This document shows positions 29,636 through 39,550 of a DNA stretch of 64,000 nucleotides, piece after piece. The stretch comes from Bacteriovoracia bacterium (lineage in GTDB: Bacteria; Bdellovibrionota; UBA1018; JBFWNL01). Location: assembly GCA_050251055.1 (NCBI GenBank), contig JBFWNL010000007.1:1-64000 (forward strand), given 5' to 3'. The notes under the pieces were generated by a model that did no database searches, was not told the origin of the DNA, and saw nothing but the letters and a program-made list of their open reading frames with translations. The translations under genes and the position numbers were made by a program. Every line of letters starts with the position of its first letter. The first letter of the stretch is position 1.

Positions 29636-30179
29636 AGACATTCGGCTTCGTCGCGAAAACCTGATAAGCCGTCATTCTTTCCGCCGCCGCGACTTTGATC
29701 TCGGTGGCGTCCTCTCCCTCATAAACCGCTGGGCAGTGTGCCGCGGTTGCTAGGGCCTGGGCCTCCTGGAAGAGCGCGGGATGCGGTTTTCGCTCTCCGT
29801 CCGAGTTCGGCACGAGAATGCGTTCACCGAAAATTTTCCAGTCAAACGCCGCGGGATCCGCCCACTTTTCGTCGATGAATTTCACGAGCGTCGCCACGCG
29901 CTCGGCGCGGTCGCGTCCCCAGTTGGCGGGAATGTTCACGATGAGTCCCATCGGGTACCCTTTGCGTGCGAGATGGCGTACGTATTCGCGCGCGCCGGGC
30001 ATGAAAGTCAGTGCCTTGAAGTCTGAGGTTTTCGTGTCGACGAGCGTTTCGCCCAGGTCAAAGAAGACCCAGGGGCGCGCGCATTTGCCGGGGCGTGCGC
30101 CGCCGCCGGCGAGCGCGGCTTCGCCCGCAAACGCGACGGCCAACGTCATCGAAAAGAAAATACAAAGTGATCGTCCCAT
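29523..30179 (-). CDS. Secreted HAD-family hydrolase
   Basis: Signal peptide, FFDLGETLVD motif I, KPHP; 3' end overlaps the RND gene by 113 nt. Confidence 0.75.
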   Translation of the reverse strand: MGRSLCIFFSMTLAVAFAGEAALAGGGARPGKCARPWVFFDLGETLVDTKTSDFKALTFMPGAREYVRHLARKGYPMGLIVNIPANWGRDRAERVATLVKFIDEKWADPAAFDWKIFGERILVPNSDGERKPHPALFQEAQALATAAHCPAVYEGEDATEIKVAAAERMTAYQVFATKPNVFMPEGLIRKLQLPRSSPSPIRAPLPEPLAVPPGLLEL

Positions 30180-30325
30180 AATCCGCCCCAATACCCTTTG
30201 CTCATAAACCGGTTCCGCAGGGGTGTCGAACTTTTTGACGAACGCCCGCAAATAGTTTGACAATTTTAATCAGGAATTAGAAAATAGAAGCATTGGGAGC
30301 GGGGTCGAGTTCGTACGGGGTGTTC

Positions 30326-31171
30326 ATGAAGAATTCAAAATGGATTTTGGCCGTAGTGGTCGCCATGGCGGCCTGTAAACCCAGCGTAAAAGATACATCC
30401 ACGCAAACGCAGCTGACGGATCCGGGGCCCTCTGCCCCTTCGCCCTGCACGACTTATTCGTTCTGCGTGGGCGCGGCATCGAGCCAGTCGTTGAATCTGG
30501 GTGTCGTCCAGAACGTGGTGGTGCCCATCACGGCGGCGGCGAATTTCTCCGGCAACCTGAACATCAGCGTGAACCACCCAGAGCTTAATGCCATCATCGG
30601 CACCGGCCCGGGCGCGGACGTGCTTTTCTCGGTACTGCCCACGTCACTTTCGCTCTCGCCCGGCGAGACGAAGAATGTGACCGTGACGATCAATGTGAAG
30701 ACGTTTTCGCGCAGCTTCGCCGGCGAGCATTTTCACGTGTCGGCGTCCGCGGTGGGCTCGGCCCTCGTGAACGACAACACGGTGATGCTGACGGTGAACC
30801 CCCTCTACGAAGTGAAACTCACTAGCAATGGCGCGGGCAGCCCGCACGTGTGGATGGGGCCGGACAACCAACCAGTAGCGGTCGGTTCGACGATCCAGAT
30901 CCGTCAGCGGACCGGCGGCACGGCGCTGAAGTTCATTAACTACGACACGACCGTGTTCCTGCCCGTCGGCGGCAATAACGATGTTCTGCACCGAATCCAC
31001 GGCGATGCCGGTCTGCCGCATTCCGCCGCCAACGAAGGCATGATCGCGGCACCCCAGGCGGGTCAACCGGGTCCAAACCCGTATCAGCGTCAAGTCACGA
31101 CGAACGCCGCGTATTACTGCCACCAGCACGAGTCGGGCGCCCAGGCGCGGAATATTCAGTTCATTCCCTAG
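30326..31171 (+). CDS. Lipoprotein with Ig-like domain and cupredoxin-like C-terminus
   Basis: MAAC lipobox; beta-rich middle; HRIH...YYCHQH. Confidence 0.65.
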   Translation: MKNSKWILAVVVAMAACKPSVKDTSTQTQLTDPGPSAPSPCTTYSFCVGAASSQSLNLGVVQNVVVPITAAANFSGNLNISVNHPELNAIIGTGPGADVLFSVLPTSLSLSPGETKNVTVTINVKTFSRSFAGEHFHVSASAVGSALVNDNTVMLTVNPLYEVKLTSNGAGSPHVWMGPDNQPVAVGSTIQIRQRTGGTALKFINYDTTVFLPVGGNNDVLHRIHGDAGLPHSAANEGMIAAPQAGQPGPNPYQRQVTTNAAYYCHQHESGAQARNIQFIP

Positions 31172-31207
31172 TTTCCCTGGCGGTCGACGCCGTGCTAGCT
31201 TGGCGGC

Positions 31208-31891
31208 ATGAGCAAAGCCGCCCTCAAGCACCTCCACCAGGTCGATAAGACGTTGTCCAAACTCATCCGGCAAGTCGGTCCCTGCGATTTGCGGGCGAAG
31301 CATGAGCTGACGCCGTTCGAGTATCTCCTGCGCGCCATCGCTTATCAGCAGCTTACCGGCAAGGCCGCGGCCACGATCTTTGGGCGCGTCCAAGCCCTGT
31401 ATGTAAAGGCACCGACGAAGCCCGGCGCCAAGCTTCGCTTTCCGAAACCCAGGGAAATTCTCGATACGCCCGAGGCAACCCTGCGCGGGGCGGGACTTTC
31501 GTTCGCGAAGATCCGCGCGGCCAAGAGCCTCGCGCAGTTTGCGGTCGAGGGAAAGCTGCCGTCCGCCAAGCAGATTCTAAAAATGGGAGATAACGAGATC
31601 ATTGAGTCGCTCACCCAAATCCGCGGCATCGGCCCCTGGACGGTGCAGATGATGTTGATGTTCAAGCTCGGCCGCCTGGATGTCATGCCCAACACCGACT
31701 ACGGCGTGCGCAAGGGCTTCTCCCTCCTTTATAAGCAGAAGGATTTGCCCGCCCCGAAAGCGCTGTTGGAGTACGCCGAGCGCTGGAAACCGTACCGCAG
31801 CGTGGGGGCTTGGTATATGTGGCGGGCGATCGAGGTACATGCGCCCAAACCGAAAACCAAAACCAAGCCGAAAACCAAGACAAACCGATAG
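31208..31891 (+). CDS. alkA: DNA-3-methyladenine glycosylase (AlkA/HhH-GPD family)
   Basis: IAYQQL, LTQIRGIGPWT HhH, DYGVRKG, WKPYRS; Lys-rich tail. Confidence 0.9.
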   Translation: MSKAALKHLHQVDKTLSKLIRQVGPCDLRAKHELTPFEYLLRAIAYQQLTGKAAATIFGRVQALYVKAPTKPGAKLRFPKPREILDTPEATLRGAGLSFAKIRAAKSLAQFAVEGKLPSAKQILKMGDNEIIESLTQIRGIGPWTVQMMLMFKLGRLDVMPNTDYGVRKGFSLLYKQKDLPAPKALLEYAERWKPYRSVGAWYMWRAIEVHAPKPKTKTKPKTKTNR

Positions 31892-32198
31892 GGCTACTTC
31901 GCGCCCTCCGCGGATTTCCTGAAGGCTGGTGTTTCAGCGAGGGCTTGCCTAAGGACTTGGCGATGATCGGAAATCCTTAGGAAGGGATGTTTTAAAAATT
32001 AATAATATGAATTTTTTTTAATAATATTTAATTAAAGAATTCAATTAGTTGTGCCGTTTTTCGACCGCGTGTCCCATTTGGCGCATTTTCACCCCCTTCC
32101 ACAGCCGCTAACATGAGGGGTGATCTCCAGGGAATCTAGACTGTACTGCTGCTCGTGTGTGCGTGTGGAAGTGAAACCCGCGTAGATCGCGGTCCCCC

Positions 32199-33410
32199 GT
32201 GATGAATTTGAAGTGGCTTATGGCAGGCACAAAACCTCAAGGCAACTGGCTGCTTTCCTCTTTCGCTTTACTGAGCGTAGCGGCGCCTTCGGCGCTCGCC
32301 GACGTGCAGACGCAGGCGCAGATGCTTTTCCAGCGTTTGGCAGGTCATCCCATCGCGCTTTCCGATCCGAAGCTCGCGGAGATGATGAACTACATCCGTC
32401 AGGGTCAGCGCGCGGTGGCGGCCTCGTTCGCGACGAACACCCCGGGCTTCTACAATAATACGGTGCTGACGTTCGCGACGCGCATGCTCGATCCCAGCGA
32501 GGACCTGTCCACGCAGTTCACCGACGCGCGGGCGATGGTCGTCGGCGTGGCACGTGATGATCTGGATGCCCGCATTCTGCTTACCGGCAATTTCAACTAT
32601 CGCGCCCGTCCTGACATCAACGCCGTGCTGAACCTCACGGGCGGCAATATGATTCCCGAATGGGCGCCGGATGCGAATGACCACTACGTGATGATCGAGC
32701 AAAACCAGGTCAGTCTCTACGACCATTTAGTGCGGGTGGATGAGCAGCGCCCCGGCGATGCGGACTTTTCCGACACGGCCGGTCTTCTGACATCGCGTGA
32801 ATGGGGTGCTTCCTATATTTCCGCGGGCACCAACCGCCGCGGCGTGGACTTCGCGTTCCAGAAGTTCTTCTGCACCCAGCTCAATCAGATCCGAAATCCT
32901 TCGGTGCCTGACTTCCGTATTCGTCGCGACGTATCGCGGGCGCCCGCGGGCGAACCGGCTACCTTCGTGAATACCTGCAAGGGCTGCCACGGCCAGGTCG
33001 ACGCATTGGCCGGCGCGTTCGCTTATTTTGAATTCAGCCAAGGCAAGCTCGTGCGCGTGCCCGGCGACGTCCAGTCGAAGATGAACAAAAACGGCGGTAT
33101 TTTTGAGGATGGATATTTCACCACGGACGATTCGTTCATGAACTACTTCAGCAGCCAGGCCGATTTCGGCTGGCGCGGTAGCCAAGAAGGCAACGGCGTC
33201 CATGACTTGGGCCAGATCGTGGCCAACGCCAAGGGCTTCTCGCAATGCATGGCCAAGCGCGCTTTTCGCGAAGTTTGCCAGCGTCCGTCGGAGGCCTCGG
33301 ACGAATCGAAAATCCGTCAGCTCGCGGATAGCTTCGAAGCGCATGGCTATAGCCTGCGCCGCCTTTTCGAGGAAACCGCAGTGCTACCTAACTGTTTGTT
33401 CACGGAGTAA
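32199..33410 (+). CDS. Exported monoheme c-type protein, DUF1588/DUF1585-like
   Basis: Signal peptide ending SALA; AGLLT, AGTNRR, CKGCH heme motif; C-terminal DLGQIVA..FSQCMA. Confidence 0.75.
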   Translation: MMNLKWLMAGTKPQGNWLLSSFALLSVAAPSALADVQTQAQMLFQRLAGHPIALSDPKLAEMMNYIRQGQRAVAASFATNTPGFYNNTVLTFATRMLDPSEDLSTQFTDARAMVVGVARDDLDARILLTGNFNYRARPDINAVLNLTGGNMIPEWAPDANDHYVMIEQNQVSLYDHLVRVDEQRPGDADFSDTAGLLTSREWGASYISAGTNRRGVDFAFQKFFCTQLNQIRNPSVPDFRIRRDVSRAPAGEPATFVNTCKGCHGQVDALAGAFAYFEFSQGKLVRVPGDVQSKMNKNGGIFEDGYFTTDDSFMNYFSSQADFGWRGSQEGNGVHDLGQIVANAKGFSQCMAKRAFREVCQRPSEASDESKIRQLADSFEAHGYSLRRLFEETAVLPNCLFTE

Positions 33411-33413
33411 TGT

Positions 33414-34004
33414 ATGAAGTACGACATCAATCTCATGGCGATGAGCTTCTGCTTTCTGGCGGGTTGTTCGCTCGGGGTGGATAAGCAGCTCCAGCAGCAC
33501 CCGGAACAAGGCACGGGCACGATTGGGCTTAAGAACGTGCGCCAGATGGCGGCGTCTTACTACGCGGTCACTGGCGTGAGCCGCACCAATGGCAATGTCC
33601 GCAATGCCTACAACACGGTAGCCGGCCTATTTCTTACCGATAACGACGTTCGTAAAGTCAGCGGACCGACTTTAATCGCGGCTACCGCATTGGCTGGCGC
33701 GTTCTGTGATCAGTTTTTGGTCGATGAGCAGGGTCGCACGGTCGGCAACCGCATGGCTCATAATTCGGTGAACTTCAGCGCGGGCTACGCTTCGCTTTCG
33801 GAGGCGACGCGCGCCGAGGTGATCACGCGGTACGCGGAGCTTTTTTGGCAACGCCAGCCGCTGGCCGAGGAGTTATCCATGCTTACCGGCACGTTGAGCT
33901 CGCTCTACGAAGGAATTTCCTCCACCAGCGGCACGGAGATGCGCCGAGGACTGCTCGGCGTGTGCGCCATGATGCTGAGTTCGTTTGAATCCATTAAGAA
34001 CTAA
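33414..34004 (+). CDS. Hypothetical helical lipoprotein
   Basis: LAGC lipobox; GGAG RBS; 3 nt after upstream stop. Confidence 0.8.
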   Translation: MKYDINLMAMSFCFLAGCSLGVDKQLQQHPEQGTGTIGLKNVRQMAASYYAVTGVSRTNGNVRNAYNTVAGLFLTDNDVRKVSGPTLIAATALAGAFCDQFLVDEQGRTVGNRMAHNSVNFSAGYASLSEATRAEVITRYAELFWQRQPLAEELSMLTGTLSSLYEGISSTSGTEMRRGLLGVCAMMLSSFESIKN

Positions 34005-34014
34005 CGGAGTCCTT

Positions 34015-35439
34015 ATGATTAAGTATAAAGAAAATCACGCTAAGCCGGTCACCCGCCGCGACTTTTTGAGCCAAGGCTTCGTGCAGTTCGCGGCCATGAC
34101 GATGGCCCCGACCGTGCTGGGAACGCTGTTGCAGGAAGGGTTGGCCATAGCCGCCGATTGTCCGGTGCCGATGAACGGCATGCCGGCGTTTCTTTGCTTC
34201 GATTGCTCGGGCGGCGCTGGGCTCTCGGCTAATTGGGTGGTAGGAAACACGGGTGGCTCCCAGGATTTAATCAATTCTTACGGTCAGATGGGGGTCACGG
34301 ATGCGGTCAGGACCGCGCGAAATTTAGACACGACTTTCGGCGTGCCGTTCTGGGGCGACGTGAGCCAAACGCTCGTGGGGCTCAAGGGAGTGATGGATCC
34401 GGCCACGCAGGCGAAGACCCAGATGGGCGCGCTTTGCCACGTTGCGCTCTCCGACACGGACCAGAACGAACTCAACGCCTGCCAGCTGATCTCTAAGGCC
34501 GGCAACCTGGGGTCGCTCATCAAGACGGGCGTGGGTACGCGAAACACCAATTCGGGCGGAACTTCCAATACCGTACAGCGCTTTTACGACGCCAAGCTCA
34601 AGCCCTTGCCGGTTTCGAGCTACCTGAGCATCGAGGCGGCCGTCAGCCCGGGCGGATCGCTCAATCAGCTCACCACCGGCCAGAAACAGAAGCTGTTAAC
34701 CGCAATCAAAAATCTTTCCATGACCCAGCTCGAGCGGTTCAGCCGGATGAAAAACGGCGCGCAGCTCAAGGAGCTCGCCGAATGCGGCTATCTCAAAAAC
34801 ACCGAGTACTCGACGGTGCCGGCGGGGATTGACCCCCGCCAGAATGCCGACTGCCAAGCGGTTTACGGGATTACGCCGGCGACTTCGCCGTTTGACCAGC
34901 GAGTGGTCTTCGCTTCGATCGTTTACAACTCTTTGATGGGAAATCTCGGGCCTTCGACGCTCACCATCGGCGGCTGCGATTATCATGACAACACGCAGAC
35001 GACCGGCGACGCCAAGGATCTCGAGATTGGACAGCACGTGGGAAGGGCTTGCGAGCTCGCCCGGCGCTTGGGTAAGCGCCTGATTTTCACCGTCATCAGC
35101 GACGGATCGGTGAGTTCGACGGATCAGACCCGTAACTGGATCACCGATTCGAACTCCAAGAGCATGAGCGTGGTCGGCGTGTTCGATCCCGCCGGGCGTC
35201 CGGAGATGAAGTCGCCGGGCGGTGTGCTCATGAGCCAGGTCGGCCGCTATACCAACGGCCAGGGCGCTGACGAGTCCACGCTTATCGGTAACTCGGGCGC
35301 GCGCGTATGCTCGGCAATCTTGGCCAACTACCTGGCCGCGGCCGGTCAGCTGGGGGTCTTTTCGCAAATCATCCCGGCGGACGTGGTAGCGACCAATCAG
35401 ATCGACGGCATCACTATGTTCACGGGGAACTTCATCTAA
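34015..35439 (+). CDS. Tat-exported DUF1501/DUF1552-like protein
   Basis: TRRDFL twin-arginine signal; FDCSGGA, GGCDYHD and VISDG motifs; GGAG RBS. Confidence 0.75.
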   Translation: MIKYKENHAKPVTRRDFLSQGFVQFAAMTMAPTVLGTLLQEGLAIAADCPVPMNGMPAFLCFDCSGGAGLSANWVVGNTGGSQDLINSYGQMGVTDAVRTARNLDTTFGVPFWGDVSQTLVGLKGVMDPATQAKTQMGALCHVALSDTDQNELNACQLISKAGNLGSLIKTGVGTRNTNSGGTSNTVQRFYDAKLKPLPVSSYLSIEAAVSPGGSLNQLTTGQKQKLLTAIKNLSMTQLERFSRMKNGAQLKELAECGYLKNTEYSTVPAGIDPRQNADCQAVYGITPATSPFDQRVVFASIVYNSLMGNLGPSTLTIGGCDYHDNTQTTGDAKDLEIGQHVGRACELARRLGKRLIFTVISDGSVSSTDQTRNWITDSNSKSMSVVGVFDPAGRPEMKSPGGVLMSQVGRYTNGQGADESTLIGNSGARVCSAILANYLAAAGQLGVFSQIIPADVVATNQIDGITMFTGNFI

Positions 35440-36521
35440 TGAAACATTCGCGATTCGCGCTGGTGGCCGCCTTGGCTGCTGGCCTCTTCGGTTGCATGAA
35501 GAAGAAAGACGGCGCGTTCGCCTTGGAGAATTCCTCCCAGGCGCTCGCCATCGAGGCGTTTCACGCGAGTGTCTACCAGCTCGCGCGCCGTGATTGTGTC
35601 GGTTGCCATGGCATCAATCAAGCCCCGCTCTTTGTCACCAATAACGTGGCGGCGTCGTATCAGGCGGCCAAAAATTACACGAGTTTTGCCGCGATTCCCT
35701 CCTCGCGCCTGGTCGCGAAGGCGAAAGACGGGCATTGCGGACCGGCGTGCTCCACCGATGGCTCCGAGATGACGGCCAATATCCAGGCTTGGTGGGACAA
35801 CGGCGAAGGCCGGGTTAGCCAGGCGCCCACGGTGGGCCTGTACGAGACGAGCCAGCTGCCAATTCCCGCGAACCTGCCCACCGCTAGCTTTGTGAAGATG
35901 GAGTGGGCGCTCGATAACCTTCACCCCTATTTTGCGGGTATGCGCTTTGAGATTGAGATTAAGCGTTTTAGCGCGGGAGGCCCCGGTTCGGGCTCCTATC
36001 AGATTCGCAAACCCCGTTTAGCGACCCGTGATGTCGCCATTCACATCGCGGATGTGAAGCTTTTGCTCAATGGGCAATACGAACCGGTCTACAGTACTTA
36101 CACGACGATCGATCGTACGGTGAACCCGGCGCCGATCGTTCAGCCGTATAAGCATCCGGTGCTCTCTTCGAGCAACCTCATCATGATCCAAGACGCCGAC
36201 GAAGATTATCTTTCGATTGCCTTCGGGACCCTGGAGATCATGCCTAATGTGAGCTGTGTGAATCTGGCTGGGTTCGTGGCAAGCGTCAAGCCCGTCATGC
36301 AAGCGAACTGCTTCGGCTGCCACAATGCCGCTCATCGTTTCCCCATGAACGGCCAGACGGACGCCGCACTTTGCGCGAATTCAATGCAGCGGATCAATCC
36401 GGATGTGCCGATGGTTTCGCCGCTCGTGCAGTACCCGGTGAACGGGACGAACGACCATAGCGCCAATTTCAACGAGGCGCTTTTTCAGCCCTGGGTGGGC
36501 TGGATGCAATCCGAAGATTAA
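35439..36521 (+). CDS. Diheme c-type cytochrome lipoprotein
   Basis: LFGC lipobox; CVGCH and CFGCH; TAATG overlap with the upstream gene. Confidence 0.8.
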   Translation: MKHSRFALVAALAAGLFGCMKKKDGAFALENSSQALAIEAFHASVYQLARRDCVGCHGINQAPLFVTNNVAASYQAAKNYTSFAAIPSSRLVAKAKDGHCGPACSTDGSEMTANIQAWWDNGEGRVSQAPTVGLYETSQLPIPANLPTASFVKMEWALDNLHPYFAGMRFEIEIKRFSAGGPGSGSYQIRKPRLATRDVAIHIADVKLLLNGQYEPVYSTYTTIDRTVNPAPIVQPYKHPVLSSSNLIMIQDADEDYLSIAFGTLEIMPNVSCVNLAGFVASVKPVMQANCFGCHNAAHRFPMNGQTDAALCANSMQRINPDVPMVSPLVQYPVNGTNDHSANFNEALFQPWVGWMQSED

Positions 36522-37597
36522 CGGGGTTCCGGAACGGGCTTCGTGTGGATCGGTGGGCGGCCCGGCGGATGCCGGGTCGGCGCTCTCGTGAGCGCGATCT
36601 TTCGCGCTTGGGGATTGAGTTCGGTCAGCACGCCATAGTTGGCCACGTCGTCGTCGCCGGCGGGGAGGCCCGTGTTAAAGAGGGCCGACACCGGGCGATG
36701 GGCGGAAATCTCCCGCGCGGCCGGGTCGGCGTCCACGCTACCTGAAAACTGCCGGTAATCGGGATCGTTCTCGTCGAACGCCTCGATCTTGGCGCCGCCG
36801 GCGTATTCGGTCGTGTAACCGGGATGGATCCAAATGTTGTCGCTCAACCCTCGCCCACGCACATCCGACTGATGGCGGTCGCTCGAGAAGAGCGGACGAT
36901 AGTCAAATGCGTGGAGCGTCCAGCCATCGTGCTGGGGGTCGGCGCCGAAATCACCTAAAAGGACGATGTCTTTCTCGTCCTGGCTCGCCTCGCGGACCGT
37001 GAAGTAAAGGTCGTTCAACATCTCTAATTGCCGCGCCCGTAGGATGTCTTGGGTACGGCTCCGGCCGTAACGGGGAAGATGGATGTTGACGAGGACGAAA
37101 TCGAATTCACCGGCGCGGAACGCCGCTACGAAAGGGGAATGCGCGAGTTTGTCCTGCGGATCGTCGATCGTAATGCCCGCGGGGCTGAGCGCCCGTACTT
37201 TCGTGGCGTTCCAGATAAACGCCAGATGCTCGTCGGGGCCGAGTCGGCGCGTGCGCTCCGAGATGAAGCTTAACCAATCGTAGCCGGTCCGCTCCTTCAG
37301 CGAATCCTGTAGGCGGGTGACGGCCGCGGGATCCCGAATTTCCTGGAGCGCCACCACGTCGAATTCGCTTTCCCAAATAATACGGGTAACTTTGTCGACG
37401 GCTCGGGAAGACCGTAGGTGGCTGAACTCGCTCAGATTCCAGCTCGCGACGCGAATGGAAGCCGCCGAAGCTGGACCTTGCGGCTGGGGGCCCGCCTGGG
37501 GGGCGATCCCGCCTGGCGCCTCACCCGTGCAGCCGGTGACGCCAAGACCTAAGGCGAGGAGTCCGACGAGGAGCTGGATTTTGGAAGCGTGCTTCAT
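36518..37597 (-). CDS. Endonuclease/exonuclease/phosphatase (DNase I-like) lipoprotein
   Basis: VTGC lipobox; ASWN, DVVALQEI, LLGDF, DNI, SAHRPV. Confidence 0.88.
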   Translation of the reverse strand: MKHASKIQLLVGLLALGLGVTGCTGEAPGGIAPQAGPQPQGPASAASIRVASWNLSEFSHLRSSRAVDKVTRIIWESEFDVVALQEIRDPAAVTRLQDSLKERTGYDWLSFISERTRRLGPDEHLAFIWNATKVRALSPAGITIDDPQDKLAHSPFVAAFRAGEFDFVLVNIHLPRYGRSRTQDILRARQLEMLNDLYFTVREASQDEKDIVLLGDFGADPQHDGWTLHAFDYRPLFSSDRHQSDVRGRGLSDNIWIHPGYTTEYAGGAKIEAFDENDPDYRQFSGSVDADPAAREISAHRPVSALFNTGLPAGDDDVANYGVLTELNPQARKIALTRAPTRHPPGRPPIHTKPVPEPR

Positions 37598-37648
37598 CGC
37601 CCCTCGATTTAGCAGGCCTGACGCTATACGTCAAACTTTCGGCTGGAA

Positions 37649-38356
37649 CTAGAAATAGAGCCGCGTGCCTAGGGTAAAACCCGAACGGCCGACGTCCATG
37701 CTGTTCAAGGTATACGGGCCGCTGAAGTACTGGCCGTAGACGCGCAGGAAGCTGAAGTCGATGAAGGCGCCGCCTTCATACAGGTTTCCGTACAGCGTCG
37801 AGCCCGTCGGCGAAGGAACGTTCGTATAGTAGTGGCGAAAGTTTCCTTCGAGCCCGAAGAAGCGGCTGAGGTAAATCGTAATGCTCAGGCCTAGAAGGGC
37901 GCCCCGCAGCTGCTCGGCGGATCGGTTTCGCATTCCCAGCTGCAGGGTCATGTTCGTGCCCTGGTTGTGGAAGCCAAAGAAGCGCAGATTGAAGATGCCG
38001 TGCCATTCGTTGGGTTTGACCTCGGCCTGGAGACCAAAGATCGACGCATAAGCCGCGAACATGCCGCGGAACCCGCCAAAGCTTCCGCCGGGGGTTTCCG
38101 AACCCGCTTGGTAATCGACTCCCAAGAAAAATTCGTAGGGGCTGGGACTATGGATGGCGAGCCAAAGGTCCATGAGTCGCATCCGATCGCGCGTCTCGAG
38201 CCATTCGGCGAGCGACCATCGCGTGGCTTTCTTTTCTTCCTGTTTCTTGACAATGAACGTGAATACTTCATCGGCGTGGGCATGGCCCGAGCCGAGTGGC
38301 CCCACGTTCCCGCTAAAAAAAGTCAGAATCAAAAGCCACGCGAAGGCGCGTTTCAT
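37649..38356 (-). CDS. Hypothetical outer-membrane beta-barrel
   Basis: Signal peptide ending AHA; amphipathic strands; C-terminal LYF. Confidence 0.7.
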   Translation of the reverse strand: MKRAFAWLLILTFFSGNVGPLGSGHAHADEVFTFIVKKQEEKKATRWSLAEWLETRDRMRLMDLWLAIHSPSPYEFFLGVDYQAGSETPGGSFGGFRGMFAAYASIFGLQAEVKPNEWHGIFNLRFFGFHNQGTNMTLQLGMRNRSAEQLRGALLGLSITIYLSRFFGLEGNFRHYYTNVPSPTGSTLYGNLYEGGAFIDFSFLRVYGQYFSGPYTLNSMDVGRSGFTLGTRLYF

Positions 38357-38376
38357 TTATACGGTCTTTATCCTGA

Positions 38377-39486
38377 TTACTTCGTCGAGCCCAACTCGAT
38401 CGCGTAAGCCACGCCCAGCTCGGCGAACTTCGCGCCGAACGTGGGATCGAGGATGCCCAGCAAATCGTTCTTGGAGTGGATCTTCGAGTTCGAGTCGTCG
38501 AACAACGCTTCGAACGGAAACACGGACGCGTAGCCCGCGCGGTTCCAGCTAGCGTGATCGCTGCAGCCGTATCCGCACTTGTCTTCCTTCCATTCGATCT
38601 TCACGTATTCGTCAACCAAGGCTTCGGTGAATTTGGTGAGCTCGGGATTCACGTAGTCCACGATGAAAACCAGCGTCTTGCCGGAGCCCGGGAACATCGT
38701 CATATCGAACTGCAGGGCGCCGACCACCTTTTTGCCGGCTTTTTGGTAGGATTTCGCGATGTCTTGGCTGCCAAACAGGCCGACTTCCTCGGCCGCGTAG
38801 GTCATGAATTGGATCGTGCGTTTGGGCTTGTAGCCTGTCTTCATTAACACGCGGAAGACTTCCATCACGGTGGCCACGCCGGAAGCGTCGTCGTCGGCGC
38901 CGGGAGCCGACGGGTTGGACATGTTGATCGAGTCTTCGTGCGCGCCCAGAACCACGAGTTCGTCGGCTTGGTCCGTGCCGGGGATTTCCGCGATGACCGA
39001 AGGTTGTTTCCACTTATGTTCGAAGAACGAGACCTTCACGTCTTTGCGGCCAGCTTCGGCCGCCAAGCGGGTGAATTCGCCGTGAATCCATTCGGCGGCC
39101 TGCTTTCCGGTGTCGGTGGTGTAAAGGCGGGTGGGGTAGCTGCTGAGCTTCGTCACCGTTTTGGTCATCTCGTCGGACGACACGAGCGGGAGCGCGGCCT
39201 TCACCGTCTCCTGCTGGCTAGGGGCCCGATAGCTAAAGAAATCGAGCGGCATCAAATTGAGCGGCTGGACGTCTTGGAAGTCGGTGATGTCGACGAAGCC
39301 TGGGCACGCGCCGCCGCGTTTGTGCATGTTCAGTGTCAGCTCACGGATCTGGGCCTCGTCCATCCAGGACGATGTCTCCGGACTGGTTTGGATCAGTCGT
39401 TTGCCGCTGGGTGCTGGTAGGGCGCCTTGGGCGCTAAATCCGAAAGTCAGCGCGCAGACGAGCGCCGTGGAAATTCTCTTATTCAT
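38377..39486 (-). CDS. Secreted leucyl aminopeptidase, M28 family
   Basis: GAHEDS, APGADDDASG, YAAEEVGL, QFDMT, CGYGCSDH, IH. Confidence 0.95.
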   Translation of the reverse strand: MNKRISTALVCALTFGFSAQGALPAPSGKRLIQTSPETSSWMDEAQIRELTLNMHKRGGACPGFVDITDFQDVQPLNLMPLDFFSYRAPSQQETVKAALPLVSSDEMTKTVTKLSSYPTRLYTTDTGKQAAEWIHGEFTRLAAEAGRKDVKVSFFEHKWKQPSVIAEIPGTDQADELVVLGAHEDSINMSNPSAPGADDDASGVATVMEVFRVLMKTGYKPKRTIQFMTYAAEEVGLFGSQDIAKSYQKAGKKVVGALQFDMTMFPGSGKTLVFIVDYVNPELTKFTEALVDEYVKIEWKEDKCGYGCSDHASWNRAGYASVFPFEALFDDSNSKIHSKNDLLGILDPTFGAKFAELGVAYAIELGSTK

Positions 39487-39550
39487 CTATCCCCCCGTTC
39501 AGGAACTCCGTTTCCTAAAAACCAGACGAGTGTATCGAAAGAAGCTTCGA

